A DNA stretch of 64,000 bases, taken from Candidatus Latescibacterota bacterium (GTDB lineage Bacteria; Krumholzibacteriota; Krumholzibacteriia; WVZY01). The notes beneath the pieces were generated by a model. That model did not search any database. It was not told the DNA's origin and saw nothing but the letters and a program-made list of their open reading frames with translations. Position 1 is the first letter of the stretch; each line of letters begins with the position of its first letter. The stretch spans positions 128,001 through 192,000 of the forward strand of contig CAWBQK010000015.1 of assembly GCA_963791045.1 (NCBI GenBank). Reading direction: 5' to 3'. The translations under genes were made by a program, and so were the position numbers. Shown here one piece after another: positions 40,248-50,787 of the stretch.

Positions 40248-42242
40248 ATGAAAAAATATATTTTGGGTGTCTGTGTGGTTGCCGTACTGATTACCCAAAC
40301 CGTCCTGTCGTCCGCACAGGATCCGAGCCGGTATCAGTCACTCCTCGCGACGTCGGCCGGTCGGGACAGCCTGCTGAACCTTGCGATGTGGGAAGACGGC
40401 CGTGTCACGGGGAACGGCAGACTCTTCAGATACCTGCAATCGGCGAATCCGCTGATTCGATTCCGTACGGTCGAAGTCATCGGGCGAATTCAGGATCCCC
40501 AGGACGTTCCAAAACTCCTGCCGATGCTCAAAGACAATAATGAAAGCGTCGTGCTCGCAACGGTGTTCGCACTCGGGCAAATCGGGTCCGAAGAAGCGAC
40601 GCCCGGTCTGATCGAGTTGAACAAGAAAGCAACTCCGGCGAAGCAGATAATCATCGCGGACGCCCTTGGTAAGATCGGCGGAGAGGAAGCCTTGAAAACC
40701 CTGGATCTGATGCGGGGCGCGTTCAAATCGAATGTGCGGGCGGCAGCCATGGAGGCGTTCGCGCGTGCCGCCGACCCTCAAACGGTCCAGATGGTCCTGG
40801 CTGCGGTACACGACGGTGACCCGGAGGTAATCTGGCGGGCGGTTTATGCACTCGAAAAGTTTGAGACCGACCGGACCGCGTCTGCGGTCATCCCCTTGCT
40901 GGAACACAAAGACGCAACGGTACGGGCCTTCGCGGCACGCACACTCGGCAAGCAAAAGATCGATCCGGCCGTGGGCTCGCTTGTGGCCACACTCGACGAC
41001 GATGACATCCGGGTGGTAATAAACTCCATCAACGCGTTGGGACAGATCCTTGAAAACTCGAACAACGAAGACGTGATGTCGACACTGGGCCAAATTCTCG
41101 CGAAGCACCCGAACCATCATGCGCGAAAAGCGGCGGCCACCGCCCTGGGCAGTATGGGCAACAAAAACGCCCAGGACTACCTGGTTCAATCGGTGCTCGA
41201 CAAGAGCCCGGGCGTTCGTATCGAATCATACAAAGCGCTCGCCATGGTTCTCGACGAGCATGCCACACCGTTCATCGCGGGCGGCCTCAACGACGGCCAA
41301 AAACTCGTGCGGGCGGCAGCCATCGAAAGCTATGGAATCGCCGAAGACAAGAACAGGATCAACTATCTGATCGACATCACCCGAAAAAACAAGGACCCGA
41401 TCCTGCGGGCGGCCGCTGTAAGGAGTCTATCGCATTTTGACGAGGACGAGGTTGAGGCATGCCTCGTCGAGAAGCTCTCCGACGAGGACTGGGTCGTCGC
41501 GACCGAAGCGGTAACGGGACTCGGGGCAATTGACGAAAAAAGGACCATCCCAGCGCTGATCGACACGTACGGAAAGAGAACAGACCGCCTCGATGTCGAT
41601 GTGCGCCTGGAAATTCTCCGCGTCCTGAAGGATTTCGAAGCGGAGGAAGCCCAGCAGCTCGCCGTCGAAGCTTTGGATGACGCCGACCCCCGGATCCGCG
41701 CCGCCGCGAAAGAGCTTCTTGAAGGGATCGGGGCGCCGGTGCCGGAAATCATGAGCGACCGCGATTTCTATGAAGAAGATTTTAACCCGCGCCGCAGGAG
41801 TGAGCTTTCACTCCCCTTTGGAATACGGCGGGCCATCATCGAGTGCAAGCACGGGGAGTTCGAGATTGAACTGTTCGGAGACGACGCAACGCAGACGGCG
41901 ACGAATTTTATCAAACTCGCGGAATCCGGCTTTTACGACAACCTCACGTTTCATCGGGTCGTTCCGAATTTCGTCGCCCAGGGTGGATGTCCCCGCGGCG
42001 ATGGCTGGGGAGATCCCGGTTACACGATCCGCTCCGAATTCAACGCCTATCGGTATGAGCGCGGGTTTGTCGGCATCGCGCACTCAGGCAAGGACACCGG
42101 CGGCTGCCAGTTTTTTGTGACGCATTCGTATCAACCGCGTCTCAACGGCCGCTACACAATATTTGCAAGGGTGACAAAGGGGATGGATGTGGTCGACAAG
42201 ATCGATCAGGGAGATACTTTCAAGGTTCGTATCCTCGAATAA
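40248..42242 (+). CDS. Exported HEAT-repeat protein with C-terminal cyclophilin-type PPIase
   Basis: Signal peptide; repeated D.D..VR..A..ALG units; FHRVVPNFVAQGG, QFF, YTIF. Confidence 0.9.
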   Translation: MKKYILGVCVVAVLITQTVLSSAQDPSRYQSLLATSAGRDSLLNLAMWEDGRVTGNGRLFRYLQSANPLIRFRTVEVIGRIQDPQDVPKLLPMLKDNNESVVLATVFALGQIGSEEATPGLIELNKKATPAKQIIIADALGKIGGEEALKTLDLMRGAFKSNVRAAAMEAFARAADPQTVQMVLAAVHDGDPEVIWRAVYALEKFETDRTASAVIPLLEHKDATVRAFAARTLGKQKIDPAVGSLVATLDDDDIRVVINSINALGQILENSNNEDVMSTLGQILAKHPNHHARKAAATALGSMGNKNAQDYLVQSVLDKSPGVRIESYKALAMVLDEHATPFIAGGLNDGQKLVRAAAIESYGIAEDKNRINYLIDITRKNKDPILRAAAVRSLSHFDEDEVEACLVEKLSDEDWVVATEAVTGLGAIDEKRTIPALIDTYGKRTDRLDVDVRLEILRVLKDFEAEEAQQLAVEALDDADPRIRAAAKELLEGIGAPVPEIMSDRDFYEEDFNPRRRSELSLPFGIRRAIIECKHGEFEIELFGDDATQTATNFIKLAESGFYDNLTFHRVVPNFVAQGGCPRGDGWGDPGYTIRSEFNAYRYERGFVGIAHSGKDTGGCQFFVTHSYQPRLNGRYTIFARVTKGMDVVDKIDQGDTFKVRILE

Positions 42243-42278
42243 ACAACCCGCGAAACGCAAACCAATATGCGGCCGACG

Positions 42279-42797
42279 CTACAACAGCCCGGCCGCATAT
42301 TCTTTTGTGATATCCGCCAGCGCGTAGCGATGGGCCCGAAACGCGATGCCTTCGGGCAAATCGTCGAGGAGAAAAAACCGGGCGTCGCTCGCGTCATCTC
42401 CACACTGGAGATCCCCGCCGGTTTTCTTGCCGTGGTATAATAGAAGTACAACCGAAGTTCTTGGATCATCGAAAGCCGAGTACACATTGAACAGCCGGAC
42501 CAACTCGACATCGATATTGGTTTCTTCTTTCATTTCCCTGACGGCGCAGCCAGCGGCATCTTCATCCGCCTCGACAAATCCGGCGGGGAGTGTCCACATA
42601 CCCACCCGAGGTTCGAATTTTCGTTCGACCAGCAGCACCCTGCCGTCTTCGATGAGGATGACACCTGCCGCCGGCACCGGGTTCTGATAATGGACAAACT
42701 CACACGATCCGCAGACGAGCCGCGTCCTCCCGTCCGTAAGTTTCTCCGTCAGACCGCTCCCGCAAAGCGGGCAGAACTTGTAGACCTTGCCGATCAT
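42279..42797 (-). CDS. NUDIX hydrolase with N-terminal zinc ribbon
   Basis: FCPLCG..CGSC; Nudix box GFVEADE..AVREMKEET. ATG 42797 overlaps the upstream stop. Confidence 0.92.
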   Translation of the reverse strand: MIGKVYKFCPLCGSGLTEKLTDGRTRLVCGSCEFVHYQNPVPAAGVILIEDGRVLLVERKFEPRVGMWTLPAGFVEADEDAAGCAVREMKEETNIDVELVRLFNVYSAFDDPRTSVVLLLYHGKKTGGDLQCGDDASDARFFLLDDLPEGIAFRAHRYALADITKEYAAGLL

Positions 42798-44113
42798 TGA
42801 CCCGGCCCGGTTGAAGTCGAATCGGCGGCGGCCGAGAAATCGAGCTTCTCGAGAAGCTTCTGCCATTCGGCCTCGGCATCCACAACGGATATTCCGTACA
42901 CCTTTTCAAATGCCGTCGCAAACTCTTGCGGACTGTTCGCCGCGTTGCCCTCACGGTGAAGGTCGAGAAACTTGCCCGGCCCTCCAATCTCGAGTAAATA
43001 CCCAACAAATGACGCCGCGGACGGCGCCACTATATCAGGATTGATCCGCCTCATGATCCCAGGTGAAAGCATCGACTGAAGACTCGGCAGATTTCCATCC
43101 TTAAGAATGTTCTGAGCCACCTGGAGCACGGGGGCGCCATTGTAATTTCCAATAAGGTAGAACGCCGTTCCCTCGGTCAAGGGAAGCGGGAGTATTCCGT
43201 AAGGCTTGGTAACAATATGGATAATTTCATGATCGTCGACGGGATATATCGAGTGAACCTCGCGTTCATCCCAGTATGATTTCTTGGGCGACCGGGATCC
43301 AATCGTCTGGAAAAGAGTCACGCTGTCAGGATAGAAAAATGTCGAAATGTGCGGCCTGTCCACTTCGGCAATATTGAGCCGCTGACAATAATAATCAAAG
43401 AGTTCCTGCTGAAATTCCTTGGAACCCTCCGGATAGTCCGAACCGGAGAACCAATGAAAGGTGAAGTTCTTTGACTCGCTTGTATTCCAAGCAATGCCCG
43501 TCGGAATTTCGACTGAAATATTGTCGAACCAGACCTTACCCTCCATACCCAGCGCACAATGGAATTCCACATAAGCGGTGTTGTCGGGAAGACGGTATAT
43601 ACGATCTTCGGAAATCCAACCATCCGACGTATCCATCCGAGGCTCCGTCCTCAGATCATAGAACCGTCCCGACTGGAACCGGTTCCCCTCTGCGTCGTAA
43701 AACGTGAGGGCGTAGTTCGACTGTTGAAACTGCCCGTAGTTTCGTTTGACTTCGAGCGTTTTGATGTCGCCGCGTACGCGAATCCGCTGGACATCTTTGA
43801 CCTCAATCCCCTGCGTGAGAACAAAAAACCGGCGAGTTTCCTGATCGGCCATAAAGAAGAATGAATTCTTGCCGTCGGTCGCGCGCTCTCCATCGATCCC
43901 CCACTCCGCCGGGATTTCCGTATCGAGCCCTTTGAACGATTTCACTTCCCAACCCACCGGCAAACCATCGACGACCTCTTCGAACGACGAATTCTTCAAC
44001 AGGTTGGTGTCGAGCGGTGTGGTCTTTTCGCCACAACCAACGGTCCCGAGGGCGGCGGCAAAAAGGCCGACGAGAATAAGTCCGATAAACAAACCAGATT
44101 GCTTTTTATACAT
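42794..44113 (-). CDS. Putative lipoprotein with a CBM-like beta-sandwich and a gluzincin-like peptidase domain
   Basis: TVGC lipobox-like sequence; NLLKN.SFE..WFDNIS pattern; HEIIH..EG.A zinc motif. Confidence 0.7.
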   Translation of the reverse strand: MYKKQSGLFIGLILVGLFAAALGTVGCGEKTTPLDTNLLKNSSFEEVVDGLPVGWEVKSFKGLDTEIPAEWGIDGERATDGKNSFFFMADQETRRFFVLTQGIEVKDVQRIRVRGDIKTLEVKRNYGQFQQSNYALTFYDAEGNRFQSGRFYDLRTEPRMDTSDGWISEDRIYRLPDNTAYVEFHCALGMEGKVWFDNISVEIPTGIAWNTSESKNFTFHWFSGSDYPEGSKEFQQELFDYYCQRLNIAEVDRPHISTFFYPDSVTLFQTIGSRSPKKSYWDEREVHSIYPVDDHEIIHIVTKPYGILPLPLTEGTAFYLIGNYNGAPVLQVAQNILKDGNLPSLQSMLSPGIMRRINPDIVAPSAASFVGYLLEIGGPGKFLDLHREGNAANSPQEFATAFEKVYGISVVDAEAEWQKLLEKLDFSAAADSTSTGPGQ

Positions 44114-44248
44114 CTCCGTCACTCTCCCAGTAACCAACTTAAAATAAATGAGTTCGAATCCACCACTATACCACTGCGGGGCCGTTCAGGCAATCGCAAA
44201 CCCTCCCACTCCGCCACGCACGTGGTGTCGTGCGGCGCATGGCTTGGA

Positions 44249-45523
44249 TCAACTGATCTCGGAAGGCGTATCTTCTCCCTGGAGTTTTGAAATCACCGCG
44301 CACCCCACAGTGTCTCCCCAAACATTGACCGTCGTCCGGCACATATCGAGTATCCGGTCGACGGCAAGAATCATCCCGATCCCTTCGAGCGGGAGTCCCA
44401 CCGCTTTCAATACAATCGCCATCGTAACGAGTCCCGCGCTCGGTATCCCCGCCGCGCCGATCGCGGCAAGCGTGGCGGTAAAAAAGACCATCATTTGTTG
44501 GGGAAACGAAAGATCGATCCCGTAAACCTGGGCGATAAACACAGCGGCTACCGATTCGTACAGCGCGGTGCCGTCCATGTTTATTGTTGCTCCAAGGGGC
44601 AAGACAAAACTCGCGACGCGCGGTTGAACCCCGGCACGCTGTTCGACACAGTCGATGGTAATGGGGAGCGTCGCCGAACTGCTAGACGTGGAGAAAGCAG
44701 TGGTCAGCGCCGGAGATACCTTTGCAAAGTATTTCTTGGGATTTACGCGCCCGATCATCTTGAGAATAACGGGGAGCGTAATAAACGCGTGGATCGCCAG
44801 GCCGAGAAGCACCGTCACCATGTACTTCCCGAGATTCGCGAAGATCGAAAAACCCGTATCGGCCACGACTTTCGCTATGAGCGCAAACACGCCTATCGGC
44901 GTGAGAAGGATGACAACGTCCGCCATTTTCATCATCGCCTCGTTGAGGCTGTCAAAGAAATCAACGAGGGGCTTCCCCCTGGTCCCCATCGTCGTCAAAA
45001 TCGCTCCGAGGAACAACGCGAAAACGATGATGGGGAGAATGTTCATATTGGCCATCGCCTCGAACGGGTTCGCGGGGACCATATTGATGATTACGTCCCA
45101 CACGCCGATATTCGCGCGCGCCGCCTCTGGAACTTCGCCCATAAGCATCGGCGACCCGGCGCCCGGCTTGATCATGTTCACGGCGAAAAGCCCCACCGCG
45201 ACCGATGCGAACGTCGTCAGCAGGTAAAAAACGAAGGTGCGTCCACCCAACCCGCCCAGTTTGCGTATATCGCCGACCTTGGCAACACCAACAATCATCG
45301 ACGCGAGAATAAGCGGAACGATGAGCATCTTGAGGAGCTTGATGAAAAGCGTCCCCGTGGGACCGATCAGCGGGCTGAACACAAATACGACCGCGGTGCG
45401 AACAAAAGAGAATTTGCCAATAAACGCGCCAAAGGAGCCGCCGATGACAAACGTATCGTTAATCAAAAGACCGACAAGGATGCCGGCTACCATTCCAATA
45501 AGAATTTTCCAGTGGAGTTTCAA
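44249..45523 (-). CDS. Dicarboxylate/amino acid:cation symporter (DAACS, GltP/GltT-like)
   Basis: AFSTSSSSATLP, GATINMDGTA, AVDRILDMCRT..NV.GD. Confidence 0.95.
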   Translation of the reverse strand: MKLHWKILIGMVAGILVGLLINDTFVIGGSFGAFIGKFSFVRTAVVFVFSPLIGPTGTLFIKLLKMLIVPLILASMIVGVAKVGDIRKLGGLGGRTFVFYLLTTFASVAVGLFAVNMIKPGAGSPMLMGEVPEAARANIGVWDVIINMVPANPFEAMANMNILPIIVFALFLGAILTTMGTRGKPLVDFFDSLNEAMMKMADVVILLTPIGVFALIAKVVADTGFSIFANLGKYMVTVLLGLAIHAFITLPVILKMIGRVNPKKYFAKVSPALTTAFSTSSSSATLPITIDCVEQRAGVQPRVASFVLPLGATINMDGTALYESVAAVFIAQVYGIDLSFPQQMMVFFTATLAAIGAAGIPSAGLVTMAIVLKAVGLPLEGIGMILAVDRILDMCRTTVNVWGDTVGCAVISKLQGEDTPSEIS

Positions 45524-45590
45524 GTTGCCGCTTTCGGTACGGAAAGGTCAACAGCGCGCCCACGCGCAGCGCCCACAACACGCAAACACA

Positions 45591-46406
45591 CTACTTCGTT
45601 GAACCGTCGTCGCCGTCCTGTTCGTCCAGGCGGACAAGGAGGTATTCCAGGTCATGATGATTGGAATTGATCCTGGTGATGATACCGTTCGAGTCGACAA
45701 AGAGATCAACCCCGGGGTACCGCCCCGTGTGATAGCGATACCACGACACCTTCTCTTCCTTTTGTTTCTCCGCTCCGGCCCAGTCCGGGGAAACAAACGT
45801 GGAGTCGCCCGCGGTTTCCAACGAGACCTCGGTCGTCGCGCCTCCAAGAGGGTCGAAAGCGCGAAAAGCCTGCTTGCCCCCGCCGTTAGGATTGAATCGC
45901 GCGAGAACGCCGGAGAGCTGATTGGCGATATTGCCCTCAACAAAGAGACACCCCGTCGGAAGCGCAACCACCGTTCTTTTCCCGCGCTCATCCTGGCTCT
46001 CGTCAATGACCGCCACATTGGCGAACAAATCAATTGTAACTTCGATAGTATGTTCTTCGCCTGGGAATGCGCTTCGCCGGTAGCTGTAATATTTCCGCGG
46101 GAAACCCGAATCCTCTTCGTACTCAAGCCGGTTGTTTCCCGAGATCATCACGCTGTCCCTTTCGAGCACTTCGTAAACCGTCTCGACGACGACAACGTTG
46201 TTGGTATATGTGGTGCGGATAAAATCTTCAACCCCGGCGATTTCGCCCCCGCGCCTCACCTCGTATTGGCCCTTTACCAGGCTTTTTACGGTTGGCTCCG
46301 GAAGTTCAATTTTGCCGGCCACCGCGTGTCCCGCGCGTCCCGCGACAAGACCCAGGGCCAGACCCGCGATAAGAATCGGCAATACCAACCCGGCAGTTCT
46401 ACGCAT
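45591..46406 (-). CDS. Exported hypothetical protein (beta-rich)
   Basis: Signal peptide-like N-terminus; overlaps the alaX stop, so it fits the operon. Confidence 0.7.
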   Translation of the reverse strand: MRRTAGLVLPILIAGLALGLVAGRAGHAVAGKIELPEPTVKSLVKGQYEVRRGGEIAGVEDFIRTTYTNNVVVVETVYEVLERDSVMISGNNRLEYEEDSGFPRKYYSYRRSAFPGEEHTIEVTIDLFANVAVIDESQDERGKRTVVALPTGCLFVEGNIANQLSGVLARFNPNGGGKQAFRAFDPLGGATTEVSLETAGDSTFVSPDWAGAEKQKEEKVSWYRYHTGRYPGVDLFVDSNGIITRINSNHHDLEYLLVRLDEQDGDDGSTK

Positions 46407-47607
46407 TCCTTATATCCTCTGAAATCTGCTCGAGAAATTCAGCCGCCGAAACGCCCGCCGGCAACCGCACCGTCGCAAAACCACCCTTGCCGCCTCCACT
46501 CCCACCAAGCCCCTTGGCCTTCTCGACGACGGCGGACGCGAGATCGATGTCGATATCTTTCGATGCATTGCAGATGACAAGCCCCTCTTTGGTGCCGAGG
46601 AGACTTATTGTATTTTTGTACGATTTAAGATTCGATGAAAGTAGCCGCAGGTACTCTTCGCCGGCGTCGGACAAGAGTTCAACGACATAGACACGATCCT
46701 CCGCAGGGTCTGCCGCCGCGTGGAACCGCGCCGCCTCCAGTTCGGCGAGTTTTTTTGCCGTTCTTTGCGAGTCCTTCCGCAACCGTTGGTGCTCGGCGTT
46801 AAGTTTTTCGATCTTGTCTTCCACGCTGTCAACCGAAGTAGTAAACCGGTTAGCGATTTGCTTTATAATTTCATGCTTCTTTATGAAATCAGCCAACGCG
46901 CGTTTGCCCACCACAAAGGACACGCGGTTCGCGCCCTTTGCTTTCTCCAATTTGAGTATCTTGATAAGACCCAGTTCGCCTGTGCGCTTCACGTGCGTGC
47001 CGCAGCACCCACACGTGTCGAAATCGGCCACTTCCACAAGCCGGACCTCGTCCACGCCGTCGGGGAGCGCCTTGCGCAGCGACCCGTCCGCCATATCATC
47101 GGGCGAGCACAGAATGACGCGGACGTCACGGTTTTCCAACACGATGTCGTTCGACAGCGCTTCCGCCTTCGCAGCGATCTTGTCGCTGACGCCGCCGCCT
47201 TCAAGATCGATCGTGCAGCCATCCTCGCCCAGGTGAAAAGACACCGTGTCGAGTCCGGCAACTTCGATAAACGCACGGGAAAGAATGTGTTGTCCGGTGT
47301 GTTGCTGCATGTGGTCGAAGCGTCTGTCCCAATCCACTCGACACTCCACGGGCCCCGGTGTGACCTGGCCTTCGACCTGGTGATAAACGTTGCCCGCATC
47401 GTCTTCCCACACGTCGACCACGCGAACGTCACCGATAGTCCCCCGATCGGAGGGCTGCCCTCCGGAATCCGGATAGAAATGGGTCTTGTCGAGCACGGCG
47501 ATCCGCCGGCCCGTATCGTCGGTTTCGCAGGACAAAAGAGAAGCCTGGAAGGATGCGGTGTACGGGTTGGTGAGGTAGAGTTTTTCGGTCGGAGTGTTCT
47601 TGTCCAT
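46399..47607 (-). CDS. Alanyl-tRNA editing protein (AlaX-L type) with DHHA1 domain
   Basis: FYP.SGGQP.D.G, HMQQHTGQH, CCGTH, GGSGGG. Confidence 0.92.
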   Translation of the reverse strand: MDKNTPTEKLYLTNPYTASFQASLLSCETDDTGRRIAVLDKTHFYPDSGGQPSDRGTIGDVRVVDVWEDDAGNVYHQVEGQVTPGPVECRVDWDRRFDHMQQHTGQHILSRAFIEVAGLDTVSFHLGEDGCTIDLEGGGVSDKIAAKAEALSNDIVLENRDVRVILCSPDDMADGSLRKALPDGVDEVRLVEVADFDTCGCCGTHVKRTGELGLIKILKLEKAKGANRVSFVVGKRALADFIKKHEIIKQIANRFTTSVDSVEDKIEKLNAEHQRLRKDSQRTAKKLAELEAARFHAAADPAEDRVYVVELLSDAGEEYLRLLSSNLKSYKNTISLLGTKEGLVICNASKDIDIDLASAVVEKAKGLGGSGGGKGGFATVRLPAGVSAAEFLEQISEDIRNA

Positions 47608-47972
47608 TATGTTGCGAACGATCTTCGGACAACCTGGTTGTTCTCGTCCAGCAGAACGATTTTCGGAGAGAAAGTGTTGACCTCGGCCTCGGGAATCGAC
47701 GCAAACGCGAAAATGATAATCCGGTCGCCGACCTGGCCGAGCCGTGCCGTGGCGCCGTTGAGCTGGATGTCGCCCGAGCCGCGAATACCTTTGATTACAT
47801 AGGTTTCAAACCGGTTACCATTGTTTCCGTTGGCGACAAGCACCTTTTCGAACTCGTGGAGCCCGACCTCTTCCATCAGCTCCTCGTCCACAACGATGCT
47901 GCCCTCATAACGGGTGTCCGTACCGGTCACCGCGGCGTTATGTAGCTTTGATTTGAGCATTGTGACGTACAT
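47607..47972 (-). CDS. panD: Aspartate 1-decarboxylase
   Basis: LKSK.H.A.VT, YEGSI self-cleavage site, RFETY, LNGA.AR. Confidence 0.96.
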   Translation of the reverse strand: MYVTMLKSKLHNAAVTGTDTRYEGSIVVDEELMEEVGLHEFEKVLVANGNNGNRFETYVIKGIRGSGDIQLNGATARLGQVGDRIIIFAFASIPEAEVNTFSPKIVLLDENNQVVRRSFAT

Positions 47973-48047
47973 AATTTTGATACCCCGTTTCTGGCATCAT
48001 AATATAACCGTTCCGTCCGAAACACAAGTGGAACTTGAGGTTGACCG

Positions 48048-49607
48048 TCAAACCCGCCCCCCCCGGCTCCGAAGCCCCCAGAGGATCCAGCCAAAAACCA
48101 TCAGAATCGAGGCGAGCAGAAGAGGCACGTCGCCATATCGAGTGTAAAGTGTTGTCTCGTCGAGGGTGTAGATTTCATCAATGAGGATTCCCTCCCGGTT
48201 CATCCCGAAGTCGGCGACGACGTGTCCGGTGGGGCCGACAATCATCGTCACCCCGGTGTTTGCGGACCGGACGAGGAACCGGCGATTCTCGATCGATCGA
48301 AGGATCGCCATGTCGTTGTGCTGGTGCGGTCCCGGTGTACCGCCGAACCAACCGTCATTCGTTATGTTGATAAAAACTTCGGCGCCTCTCCGCGCCGCCT
48401 TTCGCGCAGGCCCGGGAAAGATCGATTCAAAACAAATCAGCGGCGCCAGATTTCCGATCTTTGACGGGATCGGTTTGCGTTCCGGCCCCGGCTGAAAATT
48501 GGCCTGGCCAAAATCGATTTTCTTGAGCCACCTGAATTTCCACGAAAAAGGGAATGTCTCCCCGACCGGAAGCAGGTGCTGCTTGTCGTACAGGGCGAGC
48601 GTCCCTCCCGGATACAAAAGCCCCGACGAGTTGTAAACGTTGAGATCCCCTTCGGGCCCGTCGTAGCGGCCGTCAAGAAAACCGATATACAACTCGACCC
48701 CCAGTTCCGCGACAAGATTCTGAAGCATGGGGCGATAGGTACGGTTGTGGCGAAGATATACCGGGGCGCACGTCTCGGGGAAAATTATCAAATCCGGGTC
48801 GAAACCCGCCGCACTGCGGCTCAGCCTGTCAATAAGTCTGAACGTGGAATCGGTGAACTCAGGCTTCCATTTCAATGCAAGATCCACGTTGGGTTGAACT
48901 ATCGCGATTCTGCTTTTAGTATCGGGAACGCTCGAATCCAAACGGGCGATCGTTCGCCGGCCGAGCGACACGTTGATCGCCACAAGGATAAGACCTGCGG
49001 CGACAAACGCCGTCTTGCGGTTAACACTTTTCGTGAGGAATGCTCTGCCCCACAGCATGTTGACGAAGACAATCCACGCGCCGACACCGAGAACACCGTA
49101 GATCGCCGCGCCCTGCGCCATCGAGGGAAACCTCGCGAATGCATGTCCGATACCCGCCCACGGAAAACCGAGCTCTCCGTTCGAACGAAACCACTCGATA
49201 AGCACCCAAAGGGCCGGCGCCAAAAGCGGAATCGAAAGCTTGTGCCCCCTGCCTATCAAGCGCAGCAGCCAGAAAAACAGCCCCGGGTAGACGGCAAGAT
49301 ACAACACGATCCCCGCGACGGCGGGCCCCATCAGCCACGGAATCCTGATACTCGACGCATCGGATAACTCGACGATCCACCAGAGATGTGCGAGGAAAAA
49401 CGAACACCCGAATATATAACCCGTCTTAAAAAAAAGACGCGGACCGCGGGGAACGCGATACAAAGCAAAGATCATTGGCGAGAGGGCAACGAGGGCGATG
49501 GGACCGTATGAAAATGGCGGAAACGCCAGGGCGAGCAACGCGCCCGAGCCCACGGCGGGGAGCAGGAGTGAAAGCGGAGGGAACCATTTCAAGGGCGAGC
49601 GTCTCAT
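48048..49607 (-). CDS. lnt: Apolipoprotein N-acyltransferase
   Basis: GFPW, QPN, PE, YDKQHL.P.GE, ICFE, TNDGWF. Confidence 0.95.
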   Translation of the reverse strand: MRRSPLKWFPPLSLLLPAVGSGALLALAFPPFSYGPIALVALSPMIFALYRVPRGPRLFFKTGYIFGCSFFLAHLWWIVELSDASSIRIPWLMGPAVAGIVLYLAVYPGLFFWLLRLIGRGHKLSIPLLAPALWVLIEWFRSNGELGFPWAGIGHAFARFPSMAQGAAIYGVLGVGAWIVFVNMLWGRAFLTKSVNRKTAFVAAGLILVAINVSLGRRTIARLDSSVPDTKSRIAIVQPNVDLALKWKPEFTDSTFRLIDRLSRSAAGFDPDLIIFPETCAPVYLRHNRTYRPMLQNLVAELGVELYIGFLDGRYDGPEGDLNVYNSSGLLYPGGTLALYDKQHLLPVGETFPFSWKFRWLKKIDFGQANFQPGPERKPIPSKIGNLAPLICFESIFPGPARKAARRGAEVFINITNDGWFGGTPGPHQHNDMAILRSIENRRFLVRSANTGVTMIVGPTGHVVADFGMNREGILIDEIYTLDETTLYTRYGDVPLLLASILMVFGWILWGLRSRGGRV

Positions 49608-50623
49608 TTATTAAACGTTACCTCTTTGCCCGCCGCGGCTGAATCGTACATAGCGTCGAGAATGCGAAGAACGGACAGCGCTTCCTCTCCCGTCGCCAGC
49701 GGTTTCTTTTTGCGCTGGATGCACTCGACAAAATGATTGATTTCGGCTTCGTAGCTTTGCTTGTAATAGTTGCTCTGGTCGTCGAGCGTCGGCGTCACGT
49801 TAACGAGATGACCGTGCATCGCCTTGTGAATCTTGAGTGGGTGGAGATTCGCCCCGCCGCGGCTTCCATAAAGTTCGAGGTATGATTGATCCTTGGGCTC
49901 GAGAAGATTCCACATCACTTCGAGAGTCAGGCAGCTTCCACCGGCAAAATTAACCAGCGCGCAGGCCGAATCCTCGACTCCGGCTTTGCCTTTCTTGCCA
50001 AACACATTGCAGGTCACCCGCATCGGTTTCTTGAGACCCGCAATCCAGATTGCGAGATCCATAATCGGCACCCCGAGGTCGAGGAGGGCGCCGCCACCCG
50101 ATTTCTTCGGATCGGTAACCCAGTCGCGATCGTGCCAGTCTCGTGCGATCCGCTGCCAGCCGATCCTTACCATCTGGATATCGCCGAGTTCGCCCCTTTT
50201 TACAAACGTCTTGAGGATCTCGACATCCTTGCGAAACCGGTTGTTCATCGCCACCATGAGCGTGCGACCCGACTTCTTCGCCATCTCCACCATCTTGGCG
50301 GCTTCGGTCGCGTTGCGGGCGAGCGGTTTTTCGCAAAGTACGTGGTGACCCGATCTCAACGCGGCAATCGCCATCGGCGCATGAAGATAGTTCGGTGTGC
50401 AAATATCCACTCCATCCACATCTTCCTTCGCAAGCATCTTCGTAAAATCTTCGTACGTCCGAGCGATGCCATAGTGCTCCTGGAGAGAGGCGCACTTGAC
50501 GGGGTCCTCGTCCACCAGCGCCACGATCTCGACGTCCGGGTGTTTGTGGTAGGCGGGAAGATGCGCGATCTGCGCAACATTGCCGGCGCCGACCAGGGCG
50601 ATTTTTACTTTTTTGTCGGGCAT
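49604..50623 (-). CDS. Gfo/Idh/MocA family oxidoreductase
   Basis: GAG.VA, HVLCEKP, GGGALLDLG. Confidence 0.92.
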   Translation of the reverse strand: MPDKKVKIALVGAGNVAQIAHLPAYHKHPDVEIVALVDEDPVKCASLQEHYGIARTYEDFTKMLAKEDVDGVDICTPNYLHAPMAIAALRSGHHVLCEKPLARNATEAAKMVEMAKKSGRTLMVAMNNRFRKDVEILKTFVKRGELGDIQMVRIGWQRIARDWHDRDWVTDPKKSGGGALLDLGVPIMDLAIWIAGLKKPMRVTCNVFGKKGKAGVEDSACALVNFAGGSCLTLEVMWNLLEPKDQSYLELYGSRGGANLHPLKIHKAMHGHLVNVTPTLDDQSNYYKQSYEAEINHFVECIQRKKKPLATGEEALSVLRILDAMYDSAAAGKEVTFNK

Positions 50624-50787
50624 GATATTTCACCACTCCTTGCAAAGATTCCCGAGAGATTCTATGCGAATCTCCCCGGGTTGTAAACGACCTCCTTTCT
50701 ATCCGTCCGTTCGCTCAGGGCGCACGTCAGGGGAGGTTCGCCCGCCCCCGGGACACCACCGCCCCCCCGCCCCCCGGCGCCTGTCTC

